From assembly GCA_964495875.1 (NCBI GenBank), contig CAZBWB010000001.1, positions 215,656 to 279,655 of the forward strand: DNA of 64,000 bases. The letters run 5' to 3'. Numbering within the stretch: position 1 is the stretch's first letter; each line of letters begins with the position of its first letter. Source of the stretch: Candidatus Woesearchaeota archaeon. Lineage in GTDB: Archaea; Nanobdellota; Nanobdellia; Pacearchaeales; GW2011-AR1. Shown piece after piece: positions 45,173 to 55,074 of this stretch. The notes under the pieces are model-generated. The model saw only the letters and a list, made by a program, of their open reading frames with translations, searched no databases and was not told where the DNA came from. The translations under genes were made by a program, and so were the position numbers.

Positions 45173-46228
45173 TTAAGTATATCCCTTTTCAATTAAATTC
45201 CCCAGATTTTTTTTGAACTTTTCCAAATCTTCAACTTTTATTTTCGCACCAACAGCATCCTCATGCCCTCCGCCAGTCGCATCATCCAAATCCTTAATGA
45301 CTTCTAATAAATATTTTCTGATATTCTTTCCCCTGCAAGAAATGCTTACTTTATCTCCGCTTATACGCATAACAACGATATATTTATCCGGAAGATAATA
45401 ACTGAGTCTGTTAGATAGCTCTGCACTGATGCTCAAATCACTGGCATATTGAAAAAATAAAATTTTTTCTGGTTTTCTTCCAAGAAGTTCTGCTTTTTCC
45501 ATTAATTTTTTGTATTTTTTCTTAACCTGATTAAATCTATCATGCATGGTTTTATTTTTTGTATTTTCCTCCAAAACCTCATAAGGAGTTTTAACTTTCA
45601 TCAAAAATTTTAACATATTTACAACATTCGTTGTTCTGTCTTTAAGTGCAAAACTAAAAATCATTGCAATTTCTCCAATCTGGGATTTGTAAAAGATATC
45701 AAAAGCCTCATCAGTTTTGAAACCTAAATCAGGGTATTCTTTCAAAAATTCAGAATAAAAATCAGGAACAAATTTATCAGAAATAGAGCCAATAACAGCA
45801 ATCCACAAGTCTTCTTTTTTCTGAGTTATTTTATAACAAAGATATGTAACAGGCTCGTTAGTTTTTGATTTATTCAATAAAGGATTGTAATAATTAACAA
45901 ATTCTGGAATGTTCTTTTTGTCAATTTCATGATGGTCAATCCAGACAACAGGAATATTTATTTGTTTAACTGCTTCAAAAAATTCTTTAGAAACCACAGG
46001 CTTGTCTAAAATAAAAATATAATCTGCATTCAATTCTTTAATTTTTCGAAAATAATCCAAAGATAAATCAGGAAAACTTGTCACAGAAACTCCCTTTCCC
46101 CGTCCGATGTATCTCTGCAATAAAAGAAATGCGCAAAGCCCGTCAGGATCATTATCAAAAAAGAAAACAGGATTCTGTGCTTTCTCGAGATGTGCTTTTA
46201 TTTCTTTAATTTGTTTTTTTGTTAGCAT
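45173..46228 (-). CDS. DHH/DHHA1 family phosphoesterase
   Basis: DNDPDG, ILD, IDHH and GGGHEDAVG. Confidence 0.9.
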   Translation of the reverse strand: MLTKKQIKEIKAHLEKAQNPVFFFDNDPDGLCAFLLLQRYIGRGKGVSVTSFPDLSLDYFRKIKELNADYIFILDKPVVSKEFFEAVKQINIPVVWIDHHEIDKKNIPEFVNYYNPLLNKSKTNEPVTYLCYKITQKKEDLWIAVIGSISDKFVPDFYSEFLKEYPDLGFKTDEAFDIFYKSQIGEIAMIFSFALKDRTTNVVNMLKFLMKVKTPYEVLEENTKNKTMHDRFNQVKKKYKKLMEKAELLGRKPEKILFFQYASDLSISAELSNRLSYYLPDKYIVVMRISGDKVSISCRGKNIRKYLLEVIKDLDDATGGGHEDAVGAKIKVEDLEKFKKNLGNLIEKGYT

Positions 46229-46286
46229 AAATATAAAATAAAAAACATATTTTTAAGCTTTCGGTTAAGATACAAATAATAGATTA

Positions 46287-47255
46287 TTAAGAGGGATACA
46301 TAATCAAACCATTCCTACCTTTATTAAGAAAATATTCATTTTCTTCAGAATTGTTATTCTCGGTATATTTCTCATAACCCCCACATAAAACATGCATCCC
46401 GTGTGCAAGTTGTATATAAACAGGAAGGGCTTCCAGCTCTTGTTCTGTTAGTTTAATAGTTTTCTGATATTCCTCTAAAGCAAGTCTTAAGTTTTTCTCA
46501 GTTTTTTCTTTATTGTCCTCGTCAAAAAGCAAATCGCAAGCATAAACAGCTAATTCCTGTATTCTTGGATAATAATTAGATACTGAAAAATCAATTATCC
46601 ATAATCTCTTATTTTTATCTTTTATTATGTTAGTTGTAATAATATCTCCATGAACAAAGGCATGTGGCAGGATTTCAATTTTCAAGTCGTTAAATTTTTT
46701 AACGAGTGGCTTCAGCAGTTTTAAATCTTCTTTTGGCAAACTTGGACTTTTTTCATTATATTCTTTAATAAAATTAGGTATTGCCCAGCAATCATAAATT
46801 GGATATGGGTGCAATTTAATACTATTAATTAATGCTGCCTGATGCGCGAGAAATTTTATTTCCTCATTATTCAATTTCTCCTTAGATTCAAAATAAGACT
46901 CGCCATCAATAAAATCCATTATAGCCAATCTCAACTTTGTTTTATTAATCTTAAAAACAAAAAGATAATCTCCCCCCTTAGTTTTAAGCAATTTTGGAGT
47001 TGAAATTCCTTTCTCCATTGCTTTTTCCATTATCTCTACGTATCTTTTACAATCTTTATCTGCCCTAAATGATGCAAAAATCTTTACGACATATTTTCCT
47101 TTGGAAGTATTTAAAATATAATTAAAATCCTCATATCCCACCAAAATTAAAGTATTTGACTTAAAATCTCCAAGATTATATTCTCTACATATTTCTTGAG
47201 AAATATCTTTTATTTCTCCATCATAAGATATTCTTGATTTAAATTTTTGTTCCAT
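46287..47255 (-). CDS. phosphotransferase (APH/homoserine kinase type II-like)
   Basis: GYEDFNY, YVVKIF, VHGDIITTNII, IIDF. Confidence 0.85.
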   Translation of the reverse strand: MEQKFKSRISYDGEIKDISQEICREYNLGDFKSNTLILVGYEDFNYILNTSKGKYVVKIFASFRADKDCKRYVEIMEKAMEKGISTPKLLKTKGGDYLFVFKINKTKLRLAIMDFIDGESYFESKEKLNNEEIKFLAHQAALINSIKLHPYPIYDCWAIPNFIKEYNEKSPSLPKEDLKLLKPLVKKFNDLKIEILPHAFVHGDIITTNIIKDKNKRLWIIDFSVSNYYPRIQELAVYACDLLFDEDNKEKTEKNLRLALEEYQKTIKLTEQELEALPVYIQLAHGMHVLCGGYEKYTENNNSEENEYFLNKGRNGLIMYPS

Positions 47256-47308
47256 ATATTTTGAATGAAAGACATATTTTTAATCTTTTTTCTATGAATA
47301 CCTCAAAC

Positions 47309-48208
47309 CTATCTTTTAACAGCTCCGTAAATCAAAGGCAGGGCAATAGTAGCATCACAAAAAACATCAACAAATTCAGCATCTTTCTGCATCTTGCCCC
47401 AGGAAATCCCTTCTCTAAGGGGGGCTCCTGAACTTCCTCCTGGCTCTATCCTATCTGTGGTTATCTGGATTCCATAATTAGCTCCTTTGGAAAATTGCAA
47501 AGATTGCTGAATAAAATTCTTAGGCAATCCTCCGCCAACATAAATGACTCCTGTTTTCTTCGCTGTCCAGGATAAATCAATTATATCATTCATATCAGAA
47601 AAAACATCAATATTAGTTCTGCCTTTTCCGCTGACAATTCTTCCCCACATCATCAAACCAATTCCAGAATCAGCTATTCCAGGACAAAAAATAGGAATTT
47701 TCTTTTCATAGCATTTTTTCAAAATTCCTTTTTCCTCAACCACTTCTCCTATTTTCCATAAAAACTCTTTGATATTTTTGCATTTAGAAAATTCATCAAA
47801 ATATTTTTCAAAAAAATCTTCTAATTTCTGATAAACGCTATTTTTCATAAAAACATTGTAGATTCTGTCAATTCCCTCTTCGTTCAGTTTTTTATCATCA
47901 ACAAGTTCATCGCCCTGAAAATGCTTATCTCCTAAAGCTTCTATTAAATCATGAGTCAGATTAGCACCAGTAGTAACAAATACATCCACTTCATCGAGCA
48001 TATCCATAATTACTTCTTTCATTCCTGCAGGAACCATTGCTCCAGCAATTCCAAAAAAAACTTTGCATTTCTTATCTTCAAACATCTCTTTCATTATTTT
48101 TTTTGCTTTTGCAATTTTGCTGGCACCAAATCCCATGTCTTCCATACCATCAACTAATTCAGAAATCTTCATGTTTTCTTTAATTTTAATGGATTTAATC
48201 TCTTTCAT
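47309..48208 (-). CDS. dys: deoxyhypusine synthase
   Basis: TTGANLTHDL, RIYNV, GGGLPKNF, GSSGAPLREGISWGK (catalytic Lys). Confidence 0.92.
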   Translation of the reverse strand: MKEIKSIKIKENMKISELVDGMEDMGFGASKIAKAKKIMKEMFEDKKCKVFFGIAGAMVPAGMKEVIMDMLDEVDVFVTTGANLTHDLIEALGDKHFQGDELVDDKKLNEEGIDRIYNVFMKNSVYQKLEDFFEKYFDEFSKCKNIKEFLWKIGEVVEEKGILKKCYEKKIPIFCPGIADSGIGLMMWGRIVSGKGRTNIDVFSDMNDIIDLSWTAKKTGVIYVGGGLPKNFIQQSLQFSKGANYGIQITTDRIEPGGSSGAPLREGISWGKMQKDAEFVDVFCDATIALPLIYGAVKR

Positions 48209-48258
48209 AATATTTCTTGAAAAGTTAATTTTAAAAATATATGGATTAGACTATTTTA

Positions 48259-48606
48259 ATGAATTGGGGAAAATTAGCATTAATAAATCTGTATGACTGC
48301 GATAAGAATCTTATAAAAAACAAAAGAGAAATAAAAAAATTTATCAAAGAATTAACTAAAAAAATTAATATGAAAGGGATAAACTCTGCAAAAATAAAAA
48401 GATTCGGTAAAGAGTCATTAAAAGGTTATTCTGCATTTCAGTTTATTGAAACATCTTCTATAACATGCCATTTTGATGAAACAGAAAATAGAGCATTTAT
48501 AGATATTTTTAGTTGTAAAGATTTTGAGACAGACAAAATAAAGAATTTTTGCAAGGAATTTTTTCAGGCAGAAAAAGCAAAATCAGAAATTATAATCAGA
48601 AAATAA
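48259..48606 (+). CDS. speD: S-adenosylmethionine decarboxylase family proenzyme
   Basis: LYDCD, GYSAFQFIETSSITCH, FIDIFSCKDF. Confidence 0.8.
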   Translation: MNWGKLALINLYDCDKNLIKNKREIKKFIKELTKKINMKGINSAKIKRFGKESLKGYSAFQFIETSSITCHFDETENRAFIDIFSCKDFETDKIKNFCKEFFQAEKAKSEIIIRK

Positions 48607-48662
48607 ATATATAACACTCCATCATCAAAATCTTTTTAAATAAGAAATAATGTAAGAACATA

Positions 48663-48863
48663 ATGAACAAATGGACTGAAATCTTACTGGGATTAATCTT
48701 GCTTAATGGAGCGATTCTTGTATGGAGTTTGTCTCAAGGATGGGGAAATTTTTGGAATTTCGGAACAGCTGCATGGGAATTCTTCAAAGGAGGATTAATT
48801 TGGTTCGCAATTCTAATAGGTTTTATTTTTATAATGTTGGGAATTAGCGATTTAAAAGAATAA
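48663..48863 (+). CDS. small two-TM membrane protein
   Basis: 66 aa with two hydrophobic helices. Confidence 0.65.
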   Translation: MNKWTEILLGLILLNGAILVWSLSQGWGNFWNFGTAAWEFFKGGLIWFAILIGFIFIMLGISDLKE

Positions 48864-48868
48864 TTTTT

Positions 48869-49456
48869 TTATACAAGGCACCCTTCTATAATTCCTGCAA
48901 TTATCAAAAGAGGAACCACAATCCACCAAAAAGTCTTTAATGAGTTTATTAAATTTTTTTTAAAAAATTTCTTTTTATTTTTCTTAAAAACAAGAGCACC
49001 TAATCTTAATCCCAATCCTAATGAAATAAATATTGCAGGTAACTCAAAGATTCCATGAGGAAAAATCCTAAATAATGATAAAATTCCTTCATTTGAAACA
49101 CTGAGTGCAAAAACAAAACCCAAAATATATCCATTTGCAACTGCAACTAAAATTGGAAAAATTCCGAACAACACGCCAAGAATCATTCCAAAAAAACCAC
49201 TTTTTAGATTATTAAAAAAAATAAAACTAATCATCTGAAAAGTAGACAGCCCTTCTGTCTTTGCCAAAATCTCTTTTAAAAATTCCATTATCTGATTAAC
49301 TAGATAATCTGGAGCTGGAAAAAAGAAACCCACAAAAGCAAAACCCAAAAAAATCGCAATTATGATAAAAATAAATTTTTTAGAATCTTTAATATAATCC
49401 CAGCATTCCTTGTACTCTCTTTTCAAATCAAAACCTCTTTTTTGTTTTTTCCTCAT
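48869..49456 (-). CDS. SpoIIM family membrane protein
   Basis: IFFNN, PHGIFELPAI, IAGIIEG. Confidence 0.88.
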   Translation of the reverse strand: MRKKQKRGFDLKREYKECWDYIKDSKKFIFIIIAIFLGFAFVGFFFPAPDYLVNQIMEFLKEILAKTEGLSTFQMISFIFFNNLKSGFFGMILGVLFGIFPILVAVANGYILGFVFALSVSNEGILSLFRIFPHGIFELPAIFISLGLGLRLGALVFKKNKKKFFKKNLINSLKTFWWIVVPLLIIAGIIEGCLV

Positions 49457-49461
49457 TTTAT

Positions 49462-50133
49462 TCAGCTAAACTGTTTACGGATATATTGAGTTTTATTTTT
49501 ATATTTCTTTCTTAAATAAATTCCATAAATTAAACCTAGAAGTAACCCTCCCAAATGTGCAGTATTTCCAATAGGAACATCACCTACTGCTGATATAATC
49601 CAAAGTAAAATTAAAATTCCTGGAGCAGCATATTTTATTTTAATTGGAATGGGGATAAACATAACATAAACCGGAAGATTTGGAGTCAAAAGCATCAGTA
49701 ATCCGATAAGTCCAAATAAAGCCCCAGAAGCACCAACAGCATATGTAGTAAAATCTCTGCTGAAAAGCAAACTTGATAAAACAAAAAATAATCCTGCAAA
49801 CAAACCAGATGTAAGATAAATTCCCAAATATCTTCTATGTCCAAGAATTTTTTCAATTAGTGAACCAATAAAAAATAGAGATAACATATTTACAAAAAGA
49901 TGAAAAAATCCTGCATGCATAAAGATGCTTGTTACAAAAGTCCAGATATATTTTGCCTGTAATATGTTTGATGGTTTTAATGCAATATAATCCAAAAATT
50001 TAACATTGGAAGAAATAAGAATGCTGAAGAAAATAAAACAAATAATGTTAATCAAAATTATAATAAAAGTTATATTTAAGTTTCCAAAAAAACTCCTTCT
50101 TTTTCTAGGCTGAACTCTATAAACATGAACCAT
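49462..50133 (-). CDS. rhomboid family intramembrane serine protease
   Basis: TSIFMHAGFFHLFVNM, GASG, AHLGG. Confidence 0.93.
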   Translation of the reverse strand: MVHVYRVQPRKRRSFFGNLNITFIIILINIICFIFFSILISSNVKFLDYIALKPSNILQAKYIWTFVTSIFMHAGFFHLFVNMLSLFFIGSLIEKILGHRRYLGIYLTSGLFAGLFFVLSSLLFSRDFTTYAVGASGALFGLIGLLMLLTPNLPVYVMFIPIPIKIKYAAPGILILLWIISAVGDVPIGNTAHLGGLLLGLIYGIYLRKKYKNKTQYIRKQFS

Positions 50134-50139
50134 TTAAAA

Positions 50140-50931
50140 TTATTTTTTCTTTTTAGATTTTAGAGATTTCTTTTTTGTCTTTTTAATTTTTGGTTTAATT
50201 TTCTTTTTGGATATTTTTTTCTTTTTTATTTTTTGGGTTTTGGATTTAATCCCTTTTTTAGAACTCTTAATTTTCCTTTTTTTAATTTTCTTTTTCGTTG
50301 CCTTTTTTGCACTTTTTTTCTTTGTTGCTTCTCTCTTGGCCTTTCTTTTTTGAGCCTTCTCTTTTTCCTCTTTTTTTGATTTTCTCATTTTGGCTTTTTC
50401 CAATTTCTCTTTTTCTTTTTGAATTTCTTCATTAACAGATTTTAACTGCTTTTCAAATCTCTCTTTTTCTTTTTTTAATCCTTTTATAACTAAAATGTTA
50501 TCTTTTAAGGAATATATCTCTCCACATTCATTACAGATAAAATCATGCTGTAATGCTTTTTCTTCAGTAATCTCAATGTTACATCGTTTGCAAATATAAA
50601 ATTGTTTTTCTGTTCTGCTTTTTATTTGACTATCTATCTGGGCAATGTTTTTTAACAAAATTTCTTTCAAAAATTCTAATGATTTTAAAACTTCAATTTT
50701 CCAAAAATAAGTATACCATCCTTTCTTTTTATCTTTTTTTCTTATAGAAGAAACCAAACCTCTGTTTGAAATCTTGTACAAAATATTTCTTGTTTGATTT
50801 ATCGTGAGCCCAAGTTTTTTTGCAATCAAAAATTCATTAATATATTTTTTACTATCAAGCAAATCTATTAAATTTTCTCCTGTTTTCCCGACGATACTGA
50901 CAATTACCTCCACAAGAAATTTTTTTAGCAT
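50140..50931 (-). CDS. tfe: transcription factor E (alpha) with long Lys-rich C-terminal tail
   Basis: IAKKLGLTINQTRNILY wHTH, GWYTYFW, CKRC...CNEC zinc ribbon. Confidence 0.9.
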   Translation of the reverse strand: MLKKFLVEVIVSIVGKTGENLIDLLDSKKYINEFLIAKKLGLTINQTRNILYKISNRGLVSSIRKKDKKKGWYTYFWKIEVLKSLEFLKEILLKNIAQIDSQIKSRTEKQFYICKRCNIEITEEKALQHDFICNECGEIYSLKDNILVIKGLKKEKERFEKQLKSVNEEIQKEKEKLEKAKMRKSKKEEKEKAQKRKAKREATKKKSAKKATKKKIKKRKIKSSKKGIKSKTQKIKKKKISKKKIKPKIKKTKKKSLKSKKKK

Positions 50932-51041
50932 TCAGGTATTAAAGAGAAAACAAATAAATATCTTTCGGTTTAAAATATCTTTAGAAGGTTTTTTAAACTG
51001 TATCTATTTTATTATATATATTAAAAAAACTATGTTGCAGA

Positions 51042-51620
51042 ATGGGGTTATTTAAAAAAAGAGTAAAAAAAGAGAAGAAAAAAATAGAAAAAAAACCTGA
51101 ACATGAAAAATTACCCGAATTACCAGAACTTCCTGAGTTACCTGATTTTGAAGAACCCAAAAAAAGAGAGCCCTTACCTCGATTACCGAGTTTCCCAAAT
51201 GATTCTTTTGGTAAAAAATTTTCGCAAAATACTATTAAACAGGCTGTAACTGGAGAAAAAGAGGAAAGGGAGGTGCCTGAAGCAGATGAATTTGTTTCAC
51301 GAGAGGAACAAATGATGCATCACCCCCTTGAAAGAGAAATCAGAAAACCATTAACAAAACCTGTTCCAATATTTAAAGAGGCCACGAAAAGAGTAAGAGA
51401 AATTGAACCAATTTTCATAAGAATGGATAAGTTTGAAGAGAGTCTTCATGCATTTGAAAAAGCTAAACAGCAAATGGCAGAAATAGAAAAAATGTTAAGA
51501 AACATAAAAGAGTTAAAAGAAGAAGAAGAAGAAGAGTTAAGCATGTGGGAAAAAGATATACAAATGACCAAACAACAAATTGAGAAGATAGACCAAGATA
51601 TTTTTTCTAAAGTAGAATAA
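51042..51620 (+). CDS. hypothetical protein, Pro/Glu-rich N-terminus and C-terminal coiled coil
   Basis: LPELPELPELP repeats; EPIFIRMDKF followed by an acidic coiled coil. Confidence 0.7.
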   Translation: MGLFKKRVKKEKKKIEKKPEHEKLPELPELPELPDFEEPKKREPLPRLPSFPNDSFGKKFSQNTIKQAVTGEKEEREVPEADEFVSREEQMMHHPLEREIRKPLTKPVPIFKEATKRVREIEPIFIRMDKFEESLHAFEKAKQQMAEIEKMLRNIKELKEEEEEELSMWEKDIQMTKQQIEKIDQDIFSKVE

Positions 51621-51673
51621 AATGAAAACAAAAAATTTTCAATCCTTTAAATTTTTAAAAAAATTCAAATAAG

Positions 51674-52039
51674 ATGAAAGAAGAAAATTTAGTTTACATA
51701 AAGTTAGAATATAACGAATCGATACAATCAAAAAGAGATATTCTTGCCTCACAGATTGGTTTATTAAAATTGATGAAGAGGATAAGACATTATCGATTTC
51801 TTAGAATAGAAGAATTGAAATTAAAAGCACAAATGTATGGAAAGATAAAAGAATTAATTACAAATATAAAAAAGATAAAAACAAGCTTTCCTAAGATTAA
51901 AATCCCTCAGCTTAAAAAAAGTGAGGAGAAAGAAGAATTTGTAAAAAAGATAAGAGAGACAAAAGAAAGTGATTATGACAAAATGCTTGAAAACCAGTTA
52001 CAGGAAATACAAGAAAAGCTAAGGTCTATTGGAGAATAA
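51674..52039 (+). CDS. hypothetical coiled-coil protein
   Basis: LVYIKLEY followed by helical heptads. Confidence 0.7.
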   Translation: MKEENLVYIKLEYNESIQSKRDILASQIGLLKLMKRIRHYRFLRIEELKLKAQMYGKIKELITNIKKIKTSFPKIKIPQLKKSEEKEEFVKKIRETKESDYDKMLENQLQEIQEKLRSIGE

Positions 52040-52132
52040 AGATTTCTGTTTTATAACCTATAAGATAACATCAAATGAAAAGATATTTTAGAATTAAACA
52101 ATTATTTTAAATCTTTTTTTATTAGAAATTAA

Positions 52133-52546
52133 ATGTTGTTGGGATTAATCATAATATTTATTTTATTGATTATAATATCCTTAATAATTTTGATAGGAGT
52201 CATTTGGACAACTTTAAGTAATTTTTACCATAAAAGATATAGCTTTTTTGAATTCATCTTCATAATAATTTATTTAACAGAACAATTAATTTTTCTCTTA
52301 TTATATCACCTATCAAAAGAATATAGAGTATTATGGGTATCCTTAATTGTTTTATTCGTAATCAGTACAGCTTCGATAGAAAAACTTATGATGAATGCGA
52401 AACATAAAAGATTATCTGCTTCATTATATGAAACAATGAAAGAAAAAGAGGATTTAAAATCTTCGTTTGATAGAACCAAAGAAGAAGCAAAATTACAAAA
52501 AGAGATTAATGGGGAATTAATGGATTTTATAGAAAAAAACTTATAA
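52133..52546 (+). CDS. hypothetical membrane protein (3 TM plus coiled tail)
   Basis: Hydrophobic N-terminal half, charged C-terminus. Confidence 0.6.
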   Translation: MLLGLIIIFILLIIISLIILIGVIWTTLSNFYHKRYSFFEFIFIIIYLTEQLIFLLLYHLSKEYRVLWVSLIVLFVISTASIEKLMMNAKHKRLSASLYETMKEKEDLKSSFDRTKEEAKLQKEINGELMDFIEKNL

Positions 52547-52693
52547 AAAAAATCTTAACCTTTTATTGGTCTCTGCTATTTCTTTACTTAATTTTTTTAC
52601 TTTTTCTTCTTCAAATAAAACTATCGCCCCGCTTGCATAAATTTGTTGTTTTTTTTCTTCCAGAAATTTTTTATCTTTTTCATTTAGAACCAT
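52541..52693 (-). CDS. 50-aa hypothetical protein (absent from the ORF track)
   Basis: MVLNEKDKKFLEEKKQQIYASGAIVLFEEEKVKKLSKEIAETNKRLRFFL* with SD AGAGGT 8 nt upstream. Confidence 0.55.
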   Translation of the reverse strand: MVLNEKDKKFLEEKKQQIYASGAIVLFEEEKVKKLSKEIAETNKRLRFFL

Positions 52694-52877
52694 ATAATTT
52701 TACCTCTTTTTACCATATAAAGATATGTGTTTTAGAATATATAAATTATTCGTTCTTAATTGTTAAATCACACCCAAATCATTCTGGTTATTTGCTAAAT
52801 TATAACCTGCTTTGTTATAAATAGTATCAAAAAAACATAACAAACAATTTTTAAAATCCTCCTTCTTATCTAAGTTC

Positions 52878-54575
52878 ATGAATAGAAAAGAATTAATAAA
52901 AAAATATATAGATTTTTTTAAGTCAAAAAACCATAAAGAAATTGCAAATGCTAGTTTAATTCCGGAAAATGATCCTACTGCGTTATTCACGACTGCAGGC
53001 ATGCATCCTCTTGTCCCATATTTGCTTGGACAGAAACATCCTTTAGGAAAAAGACTATGCAATGTCCAGAAATGTATAAGAACAACAGATATTGAAAAAG
53101 TGGGAGATAACTGCCACCACACTTTTTTTGAAATGCTTGGTAACTGGTCTTTGGAAGATTATTGGAAAAAAGAAGCAATTGAATTTTCATTTGAATTTTT
53201 GACTAAAGTTCTTAAAATTCCAAAAGAAAAAGTCTCTGTTACTTGTTTTAAAGGAGATAAAGACGCTCCGAAAGATACAGAGTCTGCAAAAATCTGGAAA
53301 TCTCTGGGAGTAAAAAAAATAAAATTTCTTGAAAAAGAAGAAAATTGGTGGGGACCTGCAGGAAAAACAGGCCCATGTGGACCATGCACTGAGATGTTTA
53401 TGAATGACATTGAGATATGGAATGATGTTTTTATGCAGTATAATAAAGATGAAAACGGGAATTATAAAATTGCAAAACAAAAAAACATAGATACTGGAAT
53501 GGGGGTTGAAAGAACTATAGCGATTATAAAAGGGCTGGAAGATGATTATCTCACAGAAGTTTTCAAACCAATAATAAAAGAAATTGAAAAAATATCAAAA
53601 AGAAAATATAAGGGAAATGAAAAACCAATGCGAATTATTGCAGACCACATAAAGGCTTCTGTTTTCATAATTGCTGATGGAATTATCCCGAGTAATACTG
53701 AACAGGGATATGTTCTTAGAAGACTGATAAGAAGAGCGACCAGATACGGAGAAAAATTAGGGATTAAAAATTTTATCTCAAAAATTGCAGAGCCTGTTTT
53801 CAGAATTTATGATGATTATAGACATTTGCAAAAGAACAAAGATAAAATCATTAAGGAACTTGGGAAAGAAGAACAAAAATTCAACAGGACATTGGAAAAA
53901 GGACTTAATAAATTTAAAAAATTTATATTGGGAAAGAAAACTTTTTCTGGAAAAGAATCATTTTTACTTTACCAGAGCTATGGTTTTCCGATAGAAATGA
54001 TTGAAGAAGAATGCAAAAAAAATAAAATTGCATTTTCAAAGAAAGATTTTGAAAAAGAACAGCAAAAACATCAGGAACTTTCGCGGACAGCAACAGCAGG
54101 AAAATTCAAATCAGGATTAGCAGATGCTTCAGAAGAAACTACTAAACTTCATACAGCGACACATCTTCTTTTGGCTGCACTGAGAATTGTATTAAAAGAC
54201 AAAAATATAATTCAGAGAGGAAGCAATATAACTCCTGAAAGATTAAGGCTGGATTTTTCTTTTCCAAGAAAATTAACAGAAGATGAAATCAAAAAAGTGG
54301 AGGATTTGGTTAACGAACAGATAAAAAAATCCTGTGAAGTTTGCAGACAAGAAATGTCTATCAAAGAGGCAGAAAAAAGAGCCCTTGGAACATTTCGTGA
54401 AAAATACGGCGACAGAGTTTCTGTTTATACTATCTGTCCTAAAAATAAACCATTCAGTTGCGAAATTTGTGCAGGGCCTCATGTAAAAAATACAAGAGAA
54501 CTTGGAAAATTCAGAATAACAAAAGAAGAATCTTCTTCAGCAGGAGTCAGGAGAATCAGGGGTGTTCTTGAGTAG
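52878..54575 (+). CDS. alaS: alanine--tRNA ligase, short form lacking C-Ala
   Basis: LFTTAGMHPL, TFFEMLGNWS, editing HTATH and CAGPH; ends right after the editing domain. Confidence 0.95.
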   Translation: MNRKELIKKYIDFFKSKNHKEIANASLIPENDPTALFTTAGMHPLVPYLLGQKHPLGKRLCNVQKCIRTTDIEKVGDNCHHTFFEMLGNWSLEDYWKKEAIEFSFEFLTKVLKIPKEKVSVTCFKGDKDAPKDTESAKIWKSLGVKKIKFLEKEENWWGPAGKTGPCGPCTEMFMNDIEIWNDVFMQYNKDENGNYKIAKQKNIDTGMGVERTIAIIKGLEDDYLTEVFKPIIKEIEKISKRKYKGNEKPMRIIADHIKASVFIIADGIIPSNTEQGYVLRRLIRRATRYGEKLGIKNFISKIAEPVFRIYDDYRHLQKNKDKIIKELGKEEQKFNRTLEKGLNKFKKFILGKKTFSGKESFLLYQSYGFPIEMIEEECKKNKIAFSKKDFEKEQQKHQELSRTATAGKFKSGLADASEETTKLHTATHLLLAALRIVLKDKNIIQRGSNITPERLRLDFSFPRKLTEDEIKKVEDLVNEQIKKSCEVCRQEMSIKEAEKRALGTFREKYGDRVSVYTICPKNKPFSCEICAGPHVKNTRELGKFRITKEESSSAGVRRIRGVLE

Positions 54576-55023
54576 AATCTCTCAAAACAACATTCATTAT
54601 ATTAGCCCAATAAGTAAAAAGTCCTAAAAGAGCATATGCCTGATGATGATTATCAATATTAGAAGGATTATATTTCACCCAATTATTATAACTTTTTTCT
54701 TCTAATCCTCTTACCTGCATCCAATCCATTCCGAGTTGACAGCTATTTCCAGGAACTTGGATATAATGCATAAGACAGCTCAATTTTTCATTTTTATTTT
54801 TAACAAAATAATAAACATTTTCATAATCAGCAATTTTTAATCCACAATCTCTAACTATTTGTTTTGATATTTCAATCATAGGGCTATCATAAGGTAATTC
54901 TTTTTCCAGAGCTTTTCTTGCAATCTCTCTGTCCAAAAAAACAGAAAATCCAAAACGCCCTAATTTATCTCCTGAAGCAGGCTGAAGTCCGACGATTTCA
55001 TAAATAAATTTCCTCTCAGTCAT
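54556..55023 (-). CDS. hypothetical protein
   Basis: 155-aa ORF convergent with alaS. Confidence 0.55.
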   Translation of the reverse strand: MTERKFIYEIVGLQPASGDKLGRFGFSVFLDREIARKALEKELPYDSPMIEISKQIVRDCGLKIADYENVYYFVKNKNEKLSCLMHYIQVPGNSCQLGMDWMQVRGLEEKSYNNWVKYNPSNIDNHHQAYALLGLFTYWANIMNVVLRDSTQEHP

Positions 55024-55074
55024 TAAAATTATTAATCAAAGGATATTAAAACAATTTATATTCTCAAAAATATA

